From IMG/VR virus record IMGVR_UViG_3300045988_180190: a DNA stretch of 64,000 nucleotides; one strand, written 5' to 3'. How positions within the stretch are numbered: the stretch's first letter is position 1; every line of letters begins with the position of its first letter. The position numbers were made by a program, and so were the translations under genes. The stretch is from a virus. Shown here one piece after another: positions 1 through 8,504 of this stretch. Under the pieces are notes generated by a model, which saw only the letters and a list, made by a program, of their open reading frames with translations, ran no database searches and was not told where the DNA came from.

Positions 1-551
1 CATCCCGTAAACAATCCCTTTACTTCACGCCCAGGACAACATTGTCGAATGGTATCCATTGTCTGCGGGAGTAGGTCAATTCCGGGGGCTAGCACTACAG
101 TTGAAACCCCCGGAAACGCGTTAATAGTATTTGTGATTAACCTGGTCTTTCCATAACGAGTTGGACATTTAAATAATCCGCTTCGATTTTTATCCAAACC
201 TTTTTTAAGCACTTCTTCTTGATTGAACCTTAATCCTCCTAGTTTATCGTATTGTGGCTTTGGAAACGGAGCTCTTTTGTCTATAACAACACACTCAGGA
301 TAGTCTTTCCGTACTATATCAACTACCGTATCAAGCATGCCTTGAAATGTTTGATAGATGATTGTCCCATTCTTAGAATCTGGCACGCAATTAAATATGT
401 GTTTAGTTGTCTTTCGCGTGATTCTTTTTCTTTGTGCCGGATTATAGACTAAATCTTTTTTTGTGTACTTTAAGCTAGCTTCCAGTTCTCTGTTACGCTT
501 GGGAAGTTTTACAACTAGATCATTGTTAGTCCAAATAATTTCACCACACAT
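1..551 (-). CDS. Partial P-loop helicase/ATPase (SF2-like); C-terminal part lies beyond the window edge
   Basis: Absent from the ORF track because it runs off the window. My translation of the minus strand from the ATG at 551 stays open to base 1 (MCGEIIWTNNDL...NRSGLFKCPTRYGKTRLITNTINAFPGVSTVVLAPGIDLLPQTMDTIRQCCPGREVKGLFTG). PTRYGKT fits Walker A / helicase motif I, and VVLAP..LL.Q resembles motif Ia. Confidence 0.5.
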   Translation of the reverse strand, partial: MCGEIIWTNNDLVVKLPKRNRELEASLKYTKKDLVYNPAQRKRITRKTTKHIFNCVPDSKNGTIIYQTFQGMLDTVVDIVRKDYPECVVIDKRAPFPKPQYDKLGGLRFNQEEVLKKGLDKNRSGLFKCPTRYGKTRLITNTINAFPGVSTVVLAPGIDLLPQTMDTIRQCCPGREVKGLFTG

Positions 552-787
552 ACAATGTCCTTTGCACTATTCTTATTTGCTGCCTTCTGCTGATTACTTT
601 GAGGATTTGAAACGTCTAAAAAAGGGTTAACCCTCGCATGTTCCACCATTTTCAGGCAGGTGTTTTTTACAGCCTTTTGAACAGCTTCTTGCATAAACTT
701 ATCTTGTTTCATTTTATTTATATCGTTATAGTTGTGAGAATTATTTATTAGTATTATCATTTTCTTATAATATTGAGAATGTTCCAA
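515..787 (-). CDS. Hypothetical protein
   Basis: 90-aa ORF in the minus-strand gene train. No motif recognised. It overlaps its neighbours at both ends, so the start is uncertain. Confidence 0.35.
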   Translation of the reverse strand: MEHSQYYKKMIILINNSHNYNDINKMKQDKFMQEAVQKAVKNTCLKMVEHARVNPFLDVSNPQSNQQKAANKNSAKDIVCVVKLFGLTMI

Positions 788-1187
788 ATTTTAGTTTACT
801 TCCAAATTGTGATACTCCTATTTTGGTGCATACCTGACATACGCTATCAAGGATGAATTGCGGTGTCAGTATACCTTTAGGAGTAAACTCAATGGAAAGT
901 TTGCCGATAGTATTTTCGCTTATAGTTTCAAATTTTTGCGTGTGTCCATTTATATTAATTTCTTGTATTTTAAAGTTGCATATATTTTTTAGTTTTAATC
1001 CTGATGAAATATTTACATATTTCAAAGAAGGATGAACGCTGTAAAAGTAATCGAGAAATTGATCCAGGAATAATTTTACTTCTTTTTTTTCTATATTTTT
1101 GAATAGAATGGGTCTAACTCCCAATTCATTTACAGCGCCACTGCCTAAAAATACACTGTCCAGCTTTATACGTGGTGTTATTATCAT
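765..1187 (-). CDS. Hypothetical protein
   Basis: 140-aa ORF in the minus-strand gene train directly downstream of the Rad50-like gene. No motif recognised. Confidence 0.5.
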   Translation of the reverse strand: MIITPRIKLDSVFLGSGAVNELGVRPILFKNIEKKEVKLFLDQFLDYFYSVHPSLKYVNISSGLKLKNICNFKIQEININGHTQKFETISENTIGKLSIEFTPKGILTPQFILDSVCQVCTKIGVSQFGSKLKFGTFSIL

Positions 1188-1207
1188 TGTAATACATAAA
1201 TAAATTA

Positions 1208-3808
1208 CTAAAGTTTTATTGCCGTAGTAAAAGCTGTGTCAATGATACTATTATGATCAACAATCCACACCTGACCACCTTGACCCATGAGCATATTTCC
1301 GATATTTTCCAAAAGCTCTCCGAGTGCACGAATGGATTCTTTATCCAAGTGGGTTGTGGGTTCATCCAGTACCAGGAATCCTAAATCTGGGCATATAATT
1401 CTCTGAATGGCTAATTGAAAAGCTATAGATAATTTTATTTTTTGACCCCCAGATAATTGATACATTGGATACCAATACTTATCTCCAGGTTTATCAGTGC
1501 GCTGGAACTTAAACGATAAGTCTTCCTCAGAGGCGCGATCTTCTATTTGTATAATAAAATTAGCATTCATATAAGCCAAATATTCGGATATATATCCTGA
1601 AATTGACTTAAACAAATAGTTTATATAGTTTTTAATCACACCATCTTGAGGCTGTAGTAGTTGTTTGATTCGTGATAGTTCTTCTATATCACTATATGCT
1701 TTTGCGTTAGATGCTTCAAGTTTAGCAATCAAAGCTTTATCACTCTCGATTTGTTTTTCTAGATTCTGAATAACTTGATGTTCCGCTTGGAGTTGTCTGT
1801 ATGTTTCCATTGCCGCAGAAGCAATTTGCCCAACTTCAGAAACTGAGATGAATTGATTAAAGGTTTCTAGAACATAAGCTAGCTTAATATCACCTTCTAT
1901 ACTTGACCGAATTTGCATTAATTTATGCGTGCGAATACTATCATTTATTTGGGTAATATTCTTTTTTATATCTTCTAAAGAATGTTCCTGCGTGGATTTT
2001 GACGATTTGAGTTCTGTCAATTTTAGCAGGATGTTCTTGTAAGATTCTATTTTACCCTGTGTTTCGCGTAAGCTCAATCCAAGTGCAGCAATATCCCCGT
2101 CTAGTGACTCAATACTAAAATGCTCTACGTCTCCCACACCCATAGAGCGTAAAGACTCAATACTCTGCTGTACCGAAGTACTTAGAGGAGTAACCTGATT
2201 CTTTTCCCAAAGTGTTGAGTAATAGGGTAACTTAGATTTTATTTCCGTATAATTGGAAATAATATTATTATATTGTTGTCCAATTATATTTTCATTAATG
2301 GTCTTTGTAAGATTTTCTTGTTTACTCTTATGCTCATTTTCTTGTGTCTCAAGGTCACTTAGTTTTTGCTTATTGAATCTTATAGTACCTTCACATTGCG
2401 CTTTAATAGAAGTTAATTCGTTTAGTTGTTTAGTTATTGCAGGGAGTTCATTGGTTGTGATATGATCAATATTTTTATCAATCTCCGTTATATCCCCGTC
2501 GCAAACTTCTTGACCCAACATTAGTTTCAATCCACATATAGGACAACTTGCGGTATCTTTATTTACTTTATTTTTTAGCTTAAGCTTTGTTTGCTTTAAT
2601 GCATTTAGCTGAGACACCACTGTATTATGAACCGTCCTTTTCTGCTCTAGAGAAGTTATTGTAGGAATAATTTCTTTAATTCTAGCTTCAGAGGATTCTA
2701 TGCTATGAGCACAATTTTCTTTATCTTTACTTATTTGGTCTATCTTTTCCTTACAACGTTGAAGCTCCAAAGTAGCCGAAGTAGTGAGATCATATTTAGC
2801 GATAACATCCTTAACTTCATTAGGCGGAAATTCATAGAAAACTGTATCTCTTAATTGTTCAAATTGCTTTACGTCATTCCAAGCATTTTTTAAATTAGAC
2901 CAAGTGCTTTTAATGATTTCTTTATTCTGCAGTAAAGCATAACTTTGATTGAGATTTTTCTCCTCTTCTTCCAATTTTGAAGTTGCAATTTTGATCGCTT
3001 CTTCCTCATCTTCAGATCCTAGGTCTTTAGCTGTAAGTAAGAAGTTCTTTCTTATCTCAGCAAGCTTTTCCATTCCTGCTTGCAAGGAAGATTCCCATCG
3101 AGCATGCTCCGACTGTTTGTGTACATAGTCAGTCACCGCCTCAGAAATTTGTTTTACGAAGTCCTCATCTACATATCTCATATTAGCTTCTTGGATATTC
3201 TTTTCCCAGGTGTCAGTTTTGGCACTTAATTCGCTAAGTTTTACCTCGAGATTATTTTTGAAGCTTCCAACATCAGTAACTGAAGAACGCAGTTTGGTTA
3301 ACACCTGATCTACAGCATATGATCTCTTGGAAAGAAAATTCAAATTCAATAATTTCGAAAATAGACTTAATCTTTCAGATAAACGGGGACTGAGAATATT
3401 TGCAATTTCCCCTTGTGATATGAATATTGCACTCAAGATATTTTGCTTGTCCACCCCCAAAATCTGATCCATCATTAGGTCAAATTCTTTTGCCTTTGTT
3501 ATGGGCTTCTTTTGGTCTCCGTATACAAGGCTGCGAGTGGTACCCTTCTGTGTGATTCCTCTTTTTATAATACCCTCTTTACCATTCTTTTCAAAAATAC
3601 ATTCTATTTCAGCAGAAGCCTCACCTTTCTTAATGTAAGTTTGAATATTGTTAGTTGTATCCCCCGTAAAGGCATACTGTAGGGCTGTTACAATAGTGGA
3701 TTTTCCAGATCCATTTTTGCCAACAATACCCACAATGGGTCCATTAATCTGTAACTCCATGTTGGAATGTTGTCCAAAATTCTTTAATTTTAGAGTTTTA
3801 ATGATCAT
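1208..3808 (-). CDS. sbcC: Rad50/SbcC-family recombination ATPase (T4 gp46-like)
   Basis: 866 aa. N-terminal Walker A GKNGSGKST. Very long coiled-coil-type middle with a central CPICG zinc-hook-like CxxC. C-terminal ABC signature LSGGQK, Walker B FLVLDEPT and H-loop VDH. An Mre11/SbcD-like gene lies nearby. Confidence 0.85.
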   Translation of the reverse strand: MIIKTLKLKNFGQHSNMELQINGPIVGIVGKNGSGKSTIVTALQYAFTGDTTNNIQTYIKKGEASAEIECIFEKNGKEGIIKRGITQKGTTRSLVYGDQKKPITKAKEFDLMMDQILGVDKQNILSAIFISQGEIANILSPRLSERLSLFSKLLNLNFLSKRSYAVDQVLTKLRSSVTDVGSFKNNLEVKLSELSAKTDTWEKNIQEANMRYVDEDFVKQISEAVTDYVHKQSEHARWESSLQAGMEKLAEIRKNFLLTAKDLGSEDEEEAIKIATSKLEEEEKNLNQSYALLQNKEIIKSTWSNLKNAWNDVKQFEQLRDTVFYEFPPNEVKDVIAKYDLTTSATLELQRCKEKIDQISKDKENCAHSIESSEARIKEIIPTITSLEQKRTVHNTVVSQLNALKQTKLKLKNKVNKDTASCPICGLKLMLGQEVCDGDITEIDKNIDHITTNELPAITKQLNELTSIKAQCEGTIRFNKQKLSDLETQENEHKSKQENLTKTINENIIGQQYNNIISNYTEIKSKLPYYSTLWEKNQVTPLSTSVQQSIESLRSMGVGDVEHFSIESLDGDIAALGLSLRETQGKIESYKNILLKLTELKSSKSTQEHSLEDIKKNITQINDSIRTHKLMQIRSSIEGDIKLAYVLETFNQFISVSEVGQIASAAMETYRQLQAEHQVIQNLEKQIESDKALIAKLEASNAKAYSDIEELSRIKQLLQPQDGVIKNYINYLFKSISGYISEYLAYMNANFIIQIEDRASEEDLSFKFQRTDKPGDKYWYPMYQLSGGQKIKLSIAFQLAIQRIICPDLGFLVLDEPTTHLDKESIRALGELLENIGNMLMGQGGQVWIVDHNSIIDTAFTTAIKL

Positions 3809-3848
3809 AATATGTTCGTGTTATATTAAAATTAGCGCGTTAGTGTTA

Positions 3849-4112
3849 CTATTTTACTAATAATACTTGGTATGTATAATTAGCTATATCAAACTCCAGT
3901 GGATTATAATGCTCAACCTCCCATAATGCGTTAGGTAAAAAGAATTCTTTTAATTCTTTTTCTTTAGGCAGAGTCATTCCTCCAAAAAAATGAATTCCTT
4001 TTGTGCTAAGATTTTTAATCTTTATTATATATCTTGGATTTTCAATTATTTCTTTAGGGAATTGGATATGCCTATATACACTTATGTCGTCAACAATTTT
4101 TGCCATGCCCAA
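3849..4112 (-). CDS. Hypothetical protein
   Basis: 87-aa ORF in the gene train. No motif recognised. Confidence 0.45.
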   Translation of the reverse strand: MGMAKIVDDISVYRHIQFPKEIIENPRYIIKIKNLSTKGIHFFGGMTLPKEKELKEFFLPNALWEVEHYNPLEFDIANYTYQVLLVK

Positions 4113-4125
4113 TGCCCCTCAACTA

Positions 4126-4731
4126 CTATGTTTTAAATTGTGTATCTAAAAATACCCTAAATAAATCCAAAGCCTTCAAGACTTGATTCGCACTTATAAG
4201 CCCTTTAAACGATGAGTCATCGGTTTTCGTAATAAGCCTTAATGCAATGGTTGTGACAGCTTGCTTAAACCCATTTATAGTTAAAGCATAATATCCTAGA
4301 AATACCTTACGATCTTTGTTTCCAGAATACCATAATGCAAAATTGTGTGGATCAAATTTTGTAAGTGTATAATTTTCGAATTGAAATAAACTTTTACCCA
4401 CTTCCATTTTTGGAAGAATTGACGTAAGAGATTTTTGCGTCTTCTTCTTATCAGTTATAACCTCAGAAGTCTCCTGTAATTGTGTGTCTCTGAGAATTTC
4501 AACTTTTGTCCTACGTTTTCTTTTAGGTTTGTCGTTTTCTGATTTTAGATCAGATATTTTTTTAGCAATATTTTTATTGCTCGATAATTCCGTTATTTGA
4601 GATACAATTGGAATTTTACTTTTTACTGAGGGTTTTCTTCCACGCTTTTTAGGCGTGGAAGATTTAACTATTTCATTCTCAATTACTTGTTTTAATTTTG
4701 GTTTATTTTTTGAGCCTTTAGGTCGAGGCAT
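4126..4731 (-). CDS. Hypothetical protein with very basic N-terminal half (possible DNA binding)
   Basis: 201 aa. The N-terminus, MPRPKGSKNKPKLK...KKRGRKPS, resembles AT-hook-type GRP/RGRKP motifs. The rest is unrecognised. Confidence 0.5.
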   Translation of the reverse strand: MPRPKGSKNKPKLKQVIENEIVKSSTPKKRGRKPSVKSKIPIVSQITELSSNKNIAKKISDLKSENDKPKRKRRTKVEILRDTQLQETSEVITDKKKTQKSLTSILPKMEVGKSLFQFENYTLTKFDPHNFALWYSGNKDRKVFLGYYALTINGFKQAVTTIALRLITKTDDSSFKGLISANQVLKALDLFRVFLDTQFKT

Positions 4732-4734
4732 AAA

Positions 4735-5652
4735 TTAAATCCTTTCTGATATGGCAAATATTAAGAAAGTTTCAAATACAGGATAAAGCACATGTATGCC
4801 CTTTAGAATATCATTCGATAAATCTGCCTGGTCAATACCTTCTTGATATTTCTTTTTGAACTCAACAAACTCTTCAGGAGTCACATTTTCATAGGCAATA
4901 GCATTTTCTAATTTTTTGTTTAGTGGCATAGTAGCATATTTACTTGCTTCCGCAGATAGACATAGCGTACCTTGTAAAAGACTTAATGAAAATGCAAGTT
5001 GTCGCAATGAAGTCCTTTTTCCAGAAGAGTACCTATTGCAATGCCACATTTCCGAAAGATCCACTATTTGAATATTTGCTTCTATATTTGTAGTTCTAAG
5101 CCTATTGTGGAGGTATATGGATTCCATAGTAGGAATAACTTGCTGAGTATAAACTTCTTGAACACCCAATATTGCGCTACGTTGTAGTAAATAAGGTATA
5201 TCAAAGTAAGATCCTCCCCAGGTAATTAGATACACGGGAGTTGTGGCTTGAATAACGGAAGGTGCTAATTCTGCGCATGTTTGATAGAATGACTTTAGAA
5301 GTAACGATTCTTGGGAGTCCTTTTCTTGCTCACTCATATTATCTTCCATAGTCGAATTCCATGAGCACCAACTAAAATCATTATTACCCCAAGACACAAC
5401 TCCTAGAGATATTGCTATAACTCTTCCAGTAACAGCTTCAAGAGCTCCATCATTTAATGATTTCAATTTTGCAGCTTGAATTTTTTCCAGAATCTTGTCA
5501 GGATCTTTCAAATTACCAACTGCTACAGACTTTTCATCAAACGGAAAACTTCTGGAATAATCTGTGGAAGTTTTAATTTTTAGTATTATTTCTTTGATAT
5601 TGCCTGGATGGTTTTGTACACTAAAATTAGAGGAACTGTTAAAATATATCAT
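4735..5652 (-). CDS. Predicted RNase H-fold 3'-5' exonuclease (PolB-exonuclease-like family)
   Basis: 305 aa. The pattern VIAISLGVV ... ESLLLKSF ... ITWGGSYFDIPYLLQRSAILGV matches the N-G-x-x-FD-x-P-x-L signature I associate with the family of predicted exonucleases related to the PolB exonuclease domain. It sits between the Rad50-like and Mre11-like genes. Confidence 0.5.
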   Translation of the reverse strand: MIYFNSSSNFSVQNHPGNIKEIILKIKTSTDYSRSFPFDEKSVAVGNLKDPDKILEKIQAAKLKSLNDGALEAVTGRVIAISLGVVSWGNNDFSWCSWNSTMEDNMSEQEKDSQESLLLKSFYQTCAELAPSVIQATTPVYLITWGGSYFDIPYLLQRSAILGVQEVYTQQVIPTMESIYLHNRLRTTNIEANIQIVDLSEMWHCNRYSSGKRTSLRQLAFSLSLLQGTLCLSAEASKYATMPLNKKLENAIAYENVTPEEFVEFKKKYQEGIDQADLSNDILKGIHVLYPVFETFLIFAISERI

Positions 5653-6791
5653 ATATTTAAAAATTTTGTTAATGATTCTTCTGGGTTTATATTTTTGTCA
5701 GTTAGAGATTTAAGTAATTCTGCGCCTTTGATAGTTAGACCTAGACGCATGTTTTGCATGTCATTAAGTTCTTTTTCCACAAAAGCCGGTAATGACAAGA
5801 TATTGTCAGAGGATACTTCTGGTTCATTAGCCACACTCTTTTTGTCCTCCTCTGTGAAAACTACCTTTTTAGTTTTTACAATACTTTGTACTATAACATT
5901 TTCCTTATTATTAATTATCAGTTCATTAATTCTTGAAAGAACATTTGCAACTTCTGGCTTATAATATACAATAACAAAAGCGCGTGTTCCTTTTTGATTT
6001 ACACCGTATCTTGTAAGCGTAGCAATTAGGTTATCAAGGTCTTCTTCCGAACATATTAAATCCGAACGAATACGTACGTAATCGCAGAGAATTTCGATAG
6101 GTTCACAAGTATTAGACTGAGTATCAAATACAAAAAAATATTTTTTTATATCTTCATTTGATTTCGTCATCTCAATAGAACCTGGGGATACGAATGTCAC
6201 GTTATTTAAGACCTTTTTGTCAGTTACATGTGTATCCCCTATTACTACTAACTTTACGTTTGGAAAATGATTGAAGTCAAAATCTTCTTCTATACTCCAA
6301 TATTGCGTAGTTTTATCATTATACTGCACAAACTCTTTACATCTTGTATGCATCACAATTACGGTTACATTTGACGGGAGAGACGCCAACTGCTCCTGTA
6401 TTTCTTTTCTGGTATATGCAGTTATTCCAGCTACAACTTCTTCTCCTACAAGCCTAACTTGAGGATTTGACAAATCAATAAAACCTCCGGCATCTTCAGG
6501 GCGCCGAGTTATATTAAGCCAATGTTCCGGAGTATCGTCATGATTTCCAGGAATATAAAATGCGGACAGGTTGTGATTGCATAGCTTTAGATGCAAATCT
6601 TTAACAATACCCATTGCTTTTTCCGATGGGGTGCAGCTATCCAAAACATCTCCGGCTAATAAAATATCATACCCAGCCCCAATTGCAAAATCTACAATAA
6701 AATTTGCGGCTTTATAGATATCGGATTCACGTCTAGGATCCCCATATTGTTGCAGGCTCAAGTGCCAATCAGCGGTTACAATAAATTTCAT
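5649..6791 (-). CDS. sbcD: Mre11/SbcD-family nuclease (T4 gp47-like)
   Basis: 380 aa carrying the calcineurin-like phosphoesterase motif series in order: ADWHL, LAGDVLD, PGNHDD, VMHT, IGDTH. Confidence 0.85.
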   Translation of the reverse strand: MKFIVTADWHLSLQQYGDPRRESDIYKAANFIVDFAIGAGYDILLAGDVLDSCTPSEKAMGIVKDLHLKLCNHNLSAFYIPGNHDDTPEHWLNITRRPEDAGGFIDLSNPQVRLVGEEVVAGITAYTRKEIQEQLASLPSNVTVIVMHTRCKEFVQYNDKTTQYWSIEEDFDFNHFPNVKLVVIGDTHVTDKKVLNNVTFVSPGSIEMTKSNEDIKKYFFVFDTQSNTCEPIEILCDYVRIRSDLICSEEDLDNLIATLTRYGVNQKGTRAFVIVYYKPEVANVLSRINELIINNKENVIVQSIVKTKKVVFTEEDKKSVANEPEVSSDNILSLPAFVEKELNDMQNMRLGLTIKGAELLKSLTDKNINPEESLTKFLNI

Positions 6792-6797
6792 GTGTTT

Positions 6798-6832
6798 AAA
6801 AAAGTTAACCCTCCTTTTGGGAGGGTGGTTAA
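6798..6832 (-). terminator. Hairpin plus U-tract, rho-independent terminator-like
   Basis: On the minus strand, TTAACCACCCTCCCAAAAGGAGGGTTAAC is followed by TTTTTT. It lies downstream of the 6854..7504 ORF and only about 7 nt before the sbcD ATG. Confidence 0.55.
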
Positions 6833-6853
6833 AATTTAGTTTGGTTTAAATAT

Positions 6854-7504
6854 TTATCTTATGATAGGTTTTCTATTACTATTGTTTAGTACTGTACCAG
6901 TAGAGGTTTGTGGACTAGGAGTGGGGGGTTTAGGGGGTGGTACCTCTGATATTTGTGTTTCCACAAGTTCAGCTTTTGGATCTTCCTCTTCTCCGTCATC
7001 CAGCTGATATTCTTCGGGTACTTCTTGCCCATGTACGTCGTCTTCCACATCCTCCATCTCGACAATCAAGTTAGTTTCCTCACTTACTATAGGCTTAACA
7101 AGTATCTTTTGAGATCCTCCACTTCCTTGATCTAGCTCTAGTATAGCTTGGTCATCTTTAAGAGTATCAACTAGTGTCTTATGCTCCACAAATTTGTTTG
7201 TTGCATACATTTCGTCAGCTTTGGATAAGAAAAACTCCCTCACCATTCTTTCAAAAGTATCAACACCAAGCATCCGAACGATTCCTTCTACCGTTTTCGC
7301 TCCGTCTTTCACAAACATAGGTTCCAATATTGATGGAAGCGGAATACTTTGATCTACGGAAACTACGGGGTGCGAATTCTCATAACGCAAACCTAGATGA
7401 ATTTCCAAGACTAAGTTTCTAGATTTCATTAGTATTTCGCTGGATTTGTTTGGAGCTGTCTGCTTTAATTGTGGGGCTTCCTCTTCTGTATTTTTCTGTA
7501 TCAT
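6854..7504 (-). CDS. Hypothetical protein, acidic with a proline-rich C-terminus
   Basis: 216-aa ORF. An acidic stretch (EDDVHGQEVPEEYQLDDGEEED) is followed by PPPKPPTPSP. No enzymatic motif seen. Confidence 0.55.
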   Translation of the reverse strand: MIQKNTEEEAPQLKQTAPNKSSEILMKSRNLVLEIHLGLRYENSHPVVSVDQSIPLPSILEPMFVKDGAKTVEGIVRMLGVDTFERMVREFFLSKADEMYATNKFVEHKTLVDTLKDDQAILELDQGSGGSQKILVKPIVSEETNLIVEMEDVEDDVHGQEVPEEYQLDDGEEEDPKAELVETQISEVPPPKPPTPSPQTSTGTVLNNSNRKPIIR

Positions 7505-7619
7505 ATTTACGATAGATATCTCTTAGTCTAGCTCTAGAGTAGACATTAGGATTACATTCTTTAGATATGGCTTTTGCCTGTTCTAAGAAATAAGTACTGG
7601 ATAAACTTTGTTTTCTCAT
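7419..7619 (-). CDS. Hypothetical small protein (uncertain)
   Basis: 66-aa ORF whose 3' 86 nt overlap the next ORF in another frame. Only the N-terminal ~40 aa look protein-like. Confidence 0.3.
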   Translation of the reverse strand: MRKQSLSSTYFLEQAKAISKECNPNVYSRARLRDIYRKYDTEKYRRGSPTIKADSSKQIQRNTNEI

Positions 7620-7638
7620 CTCATATTTTTAAAAATCG

Positions 7639-7722
7639 TACCCAAAGAGGGACTCGAACCCTCACGCTCATACGAGCATCAGATTTTAAGTCTGATGTGG
7701 CTACCTATTACACCATTTGGGC
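7639..7722 (-). tRNA. tRNA-Leu (anticodon UAA)
   Basis: Hand-folded cloverleaf. Acceptor GCCCAAA/TTTGGGT. Anticodon stem TCAGA/TCTGA with loop CTTAAAA. Long variable arm GCTC-GTAT-GAGC. T-arm GAGGG-TTCGAGT-CCCTC. Confidence 0.85.
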
Positions 7723-7735
7723 ATTAAAGTTAAAA

Positions 7736-7806
7736 TAGTTGCACCAGGACTTGAACCTAGACCAAAAGAACCAAAATCTTTTGTGCTGCCATTACACTAT
7801 GCAACT
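7736..7806 (-). tRNA. tRNA-Gln (anticodon UUG)
   Basis: Hand-folded cloverleaf. Acceptor AGTTGCA/TGCAACT. Anticodon stem AAAGA/TCTTT with loop TTTTGGT. T-arm CTAGG-TTCAAGT-CCTGG. Confidence 0.8.
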
Positions 7807-7816
7807 ATGGATTGAT

Positions 7817-8092
7817 TCACTCAAAATTAAACGTAAGCTGTGTGCCTACATCTGATTTTGATTTACGTCTATTATTCGTAAAGTCTTTTGGAACTTCAAG
7901 AAAATAATTATTTATAATTATAGTCTGAATCTTTTCTGTTAGTTCTTTTTTATGAGTTATTTGACGTGACTTTGCACGGTTTTCCGAACCTCTTTTTCCT
8001 AAAATACTGCAAGCTTCTGACTCCGTAATCCCGGGATTCTCCAGCATAAATTCTCTTAATCTTTTCCTAAAGGTTGCAACAGTCCATTTCAT
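7817..8092 (-). CDS. Hypothetical protein
   Basis: 91-aa ORF downstream of the deaminase gene, overlapping it by 26 nt. No motif recognised. Confidence 0.45.
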   Translation of the reverse strand: MKWTVATFRKRLREFMLENPGITESEACSILGKRGSENRAKSRQITHKKELTEKIQTIIINNYFLEVPKDFTNNRRKSKSDVGTQLTFNFE

Positions 8093-8504
8093 AAGGTTTA
8101 AATTCTTTAAATTGGTTATAGTTTGTTGAGTATAGAATACGTTTAAAGTGAAACATATTTAATACTCGTTGGCAGTTTACACACGGTTTGGCGTTTGCCA
8201 GTAACCCATTGTTGTCTATCCTAATATTAACTAATGTTAATTTATGATAGTCGTTTCTAAATAAAATTTGTTTTATACAGGCAATCTCTGAATGTAAACC
8301 TATGGTATGTGTATACGCAATAGGTTTATATTCATTATACTTGCCAAAAATTTGGTAAGGATGCAACTGTGTATAATCGTTATACCCAATTGCTATTACC
8401 TTACTTCCTCTCAAAGCTACTGTGCAATGAAATGCCCTTCCTGTCTGTAACGCTTCCTTTGCTAGTTTAGCTTTTTTGACAAGCGTTCTTAGAATTGGTT
8501 TCAT
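8067..8504 (-). CDS. Cytidine/deoxycytidylate deaminase-family zinc enzyme (dCMP deaminase-like)
   Basis: 145 aa with the two zinc-ligand motifs of the CDA fold at the expected spacing: HSEIACI (H-x-E) and PCVNCQRV (PCxxC). Confidence 0.8.
   Translation of the reverse strand: MKPILRTLVKKAKLAKEALQTGRAFHCTVALRGSKVIAIGYNDYTQLHPYQIFGKYNEYKPIAYTHTIGLHSEIACIKQILFRNDYHKLTLVNIRIDNNGLLANAKPCVNCQRVLNMFHFKRILYSTNYNQFKEFKPYEMDCCNL

Noticed and set aside
252-452. 66-aa plus-strand ORF at the window start
   Set aside because: It lies entirely inside the manually recovered minus-strand helicase-like ORF (1..551), which has a Walker A motif. The plus-strand product has no features.
7419-7619. The 66-aa ORF plus the 216-aa ORF as one gene interrupted by a frameshift
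   Set aside because: This is possible, since there is an 86-nt overlap and the N-terminal part looks protein-like. However, I see no slippery site or homopolymer at the junction and cannot test it without homologues. I left them as two low- to medium-confidence ORFs.
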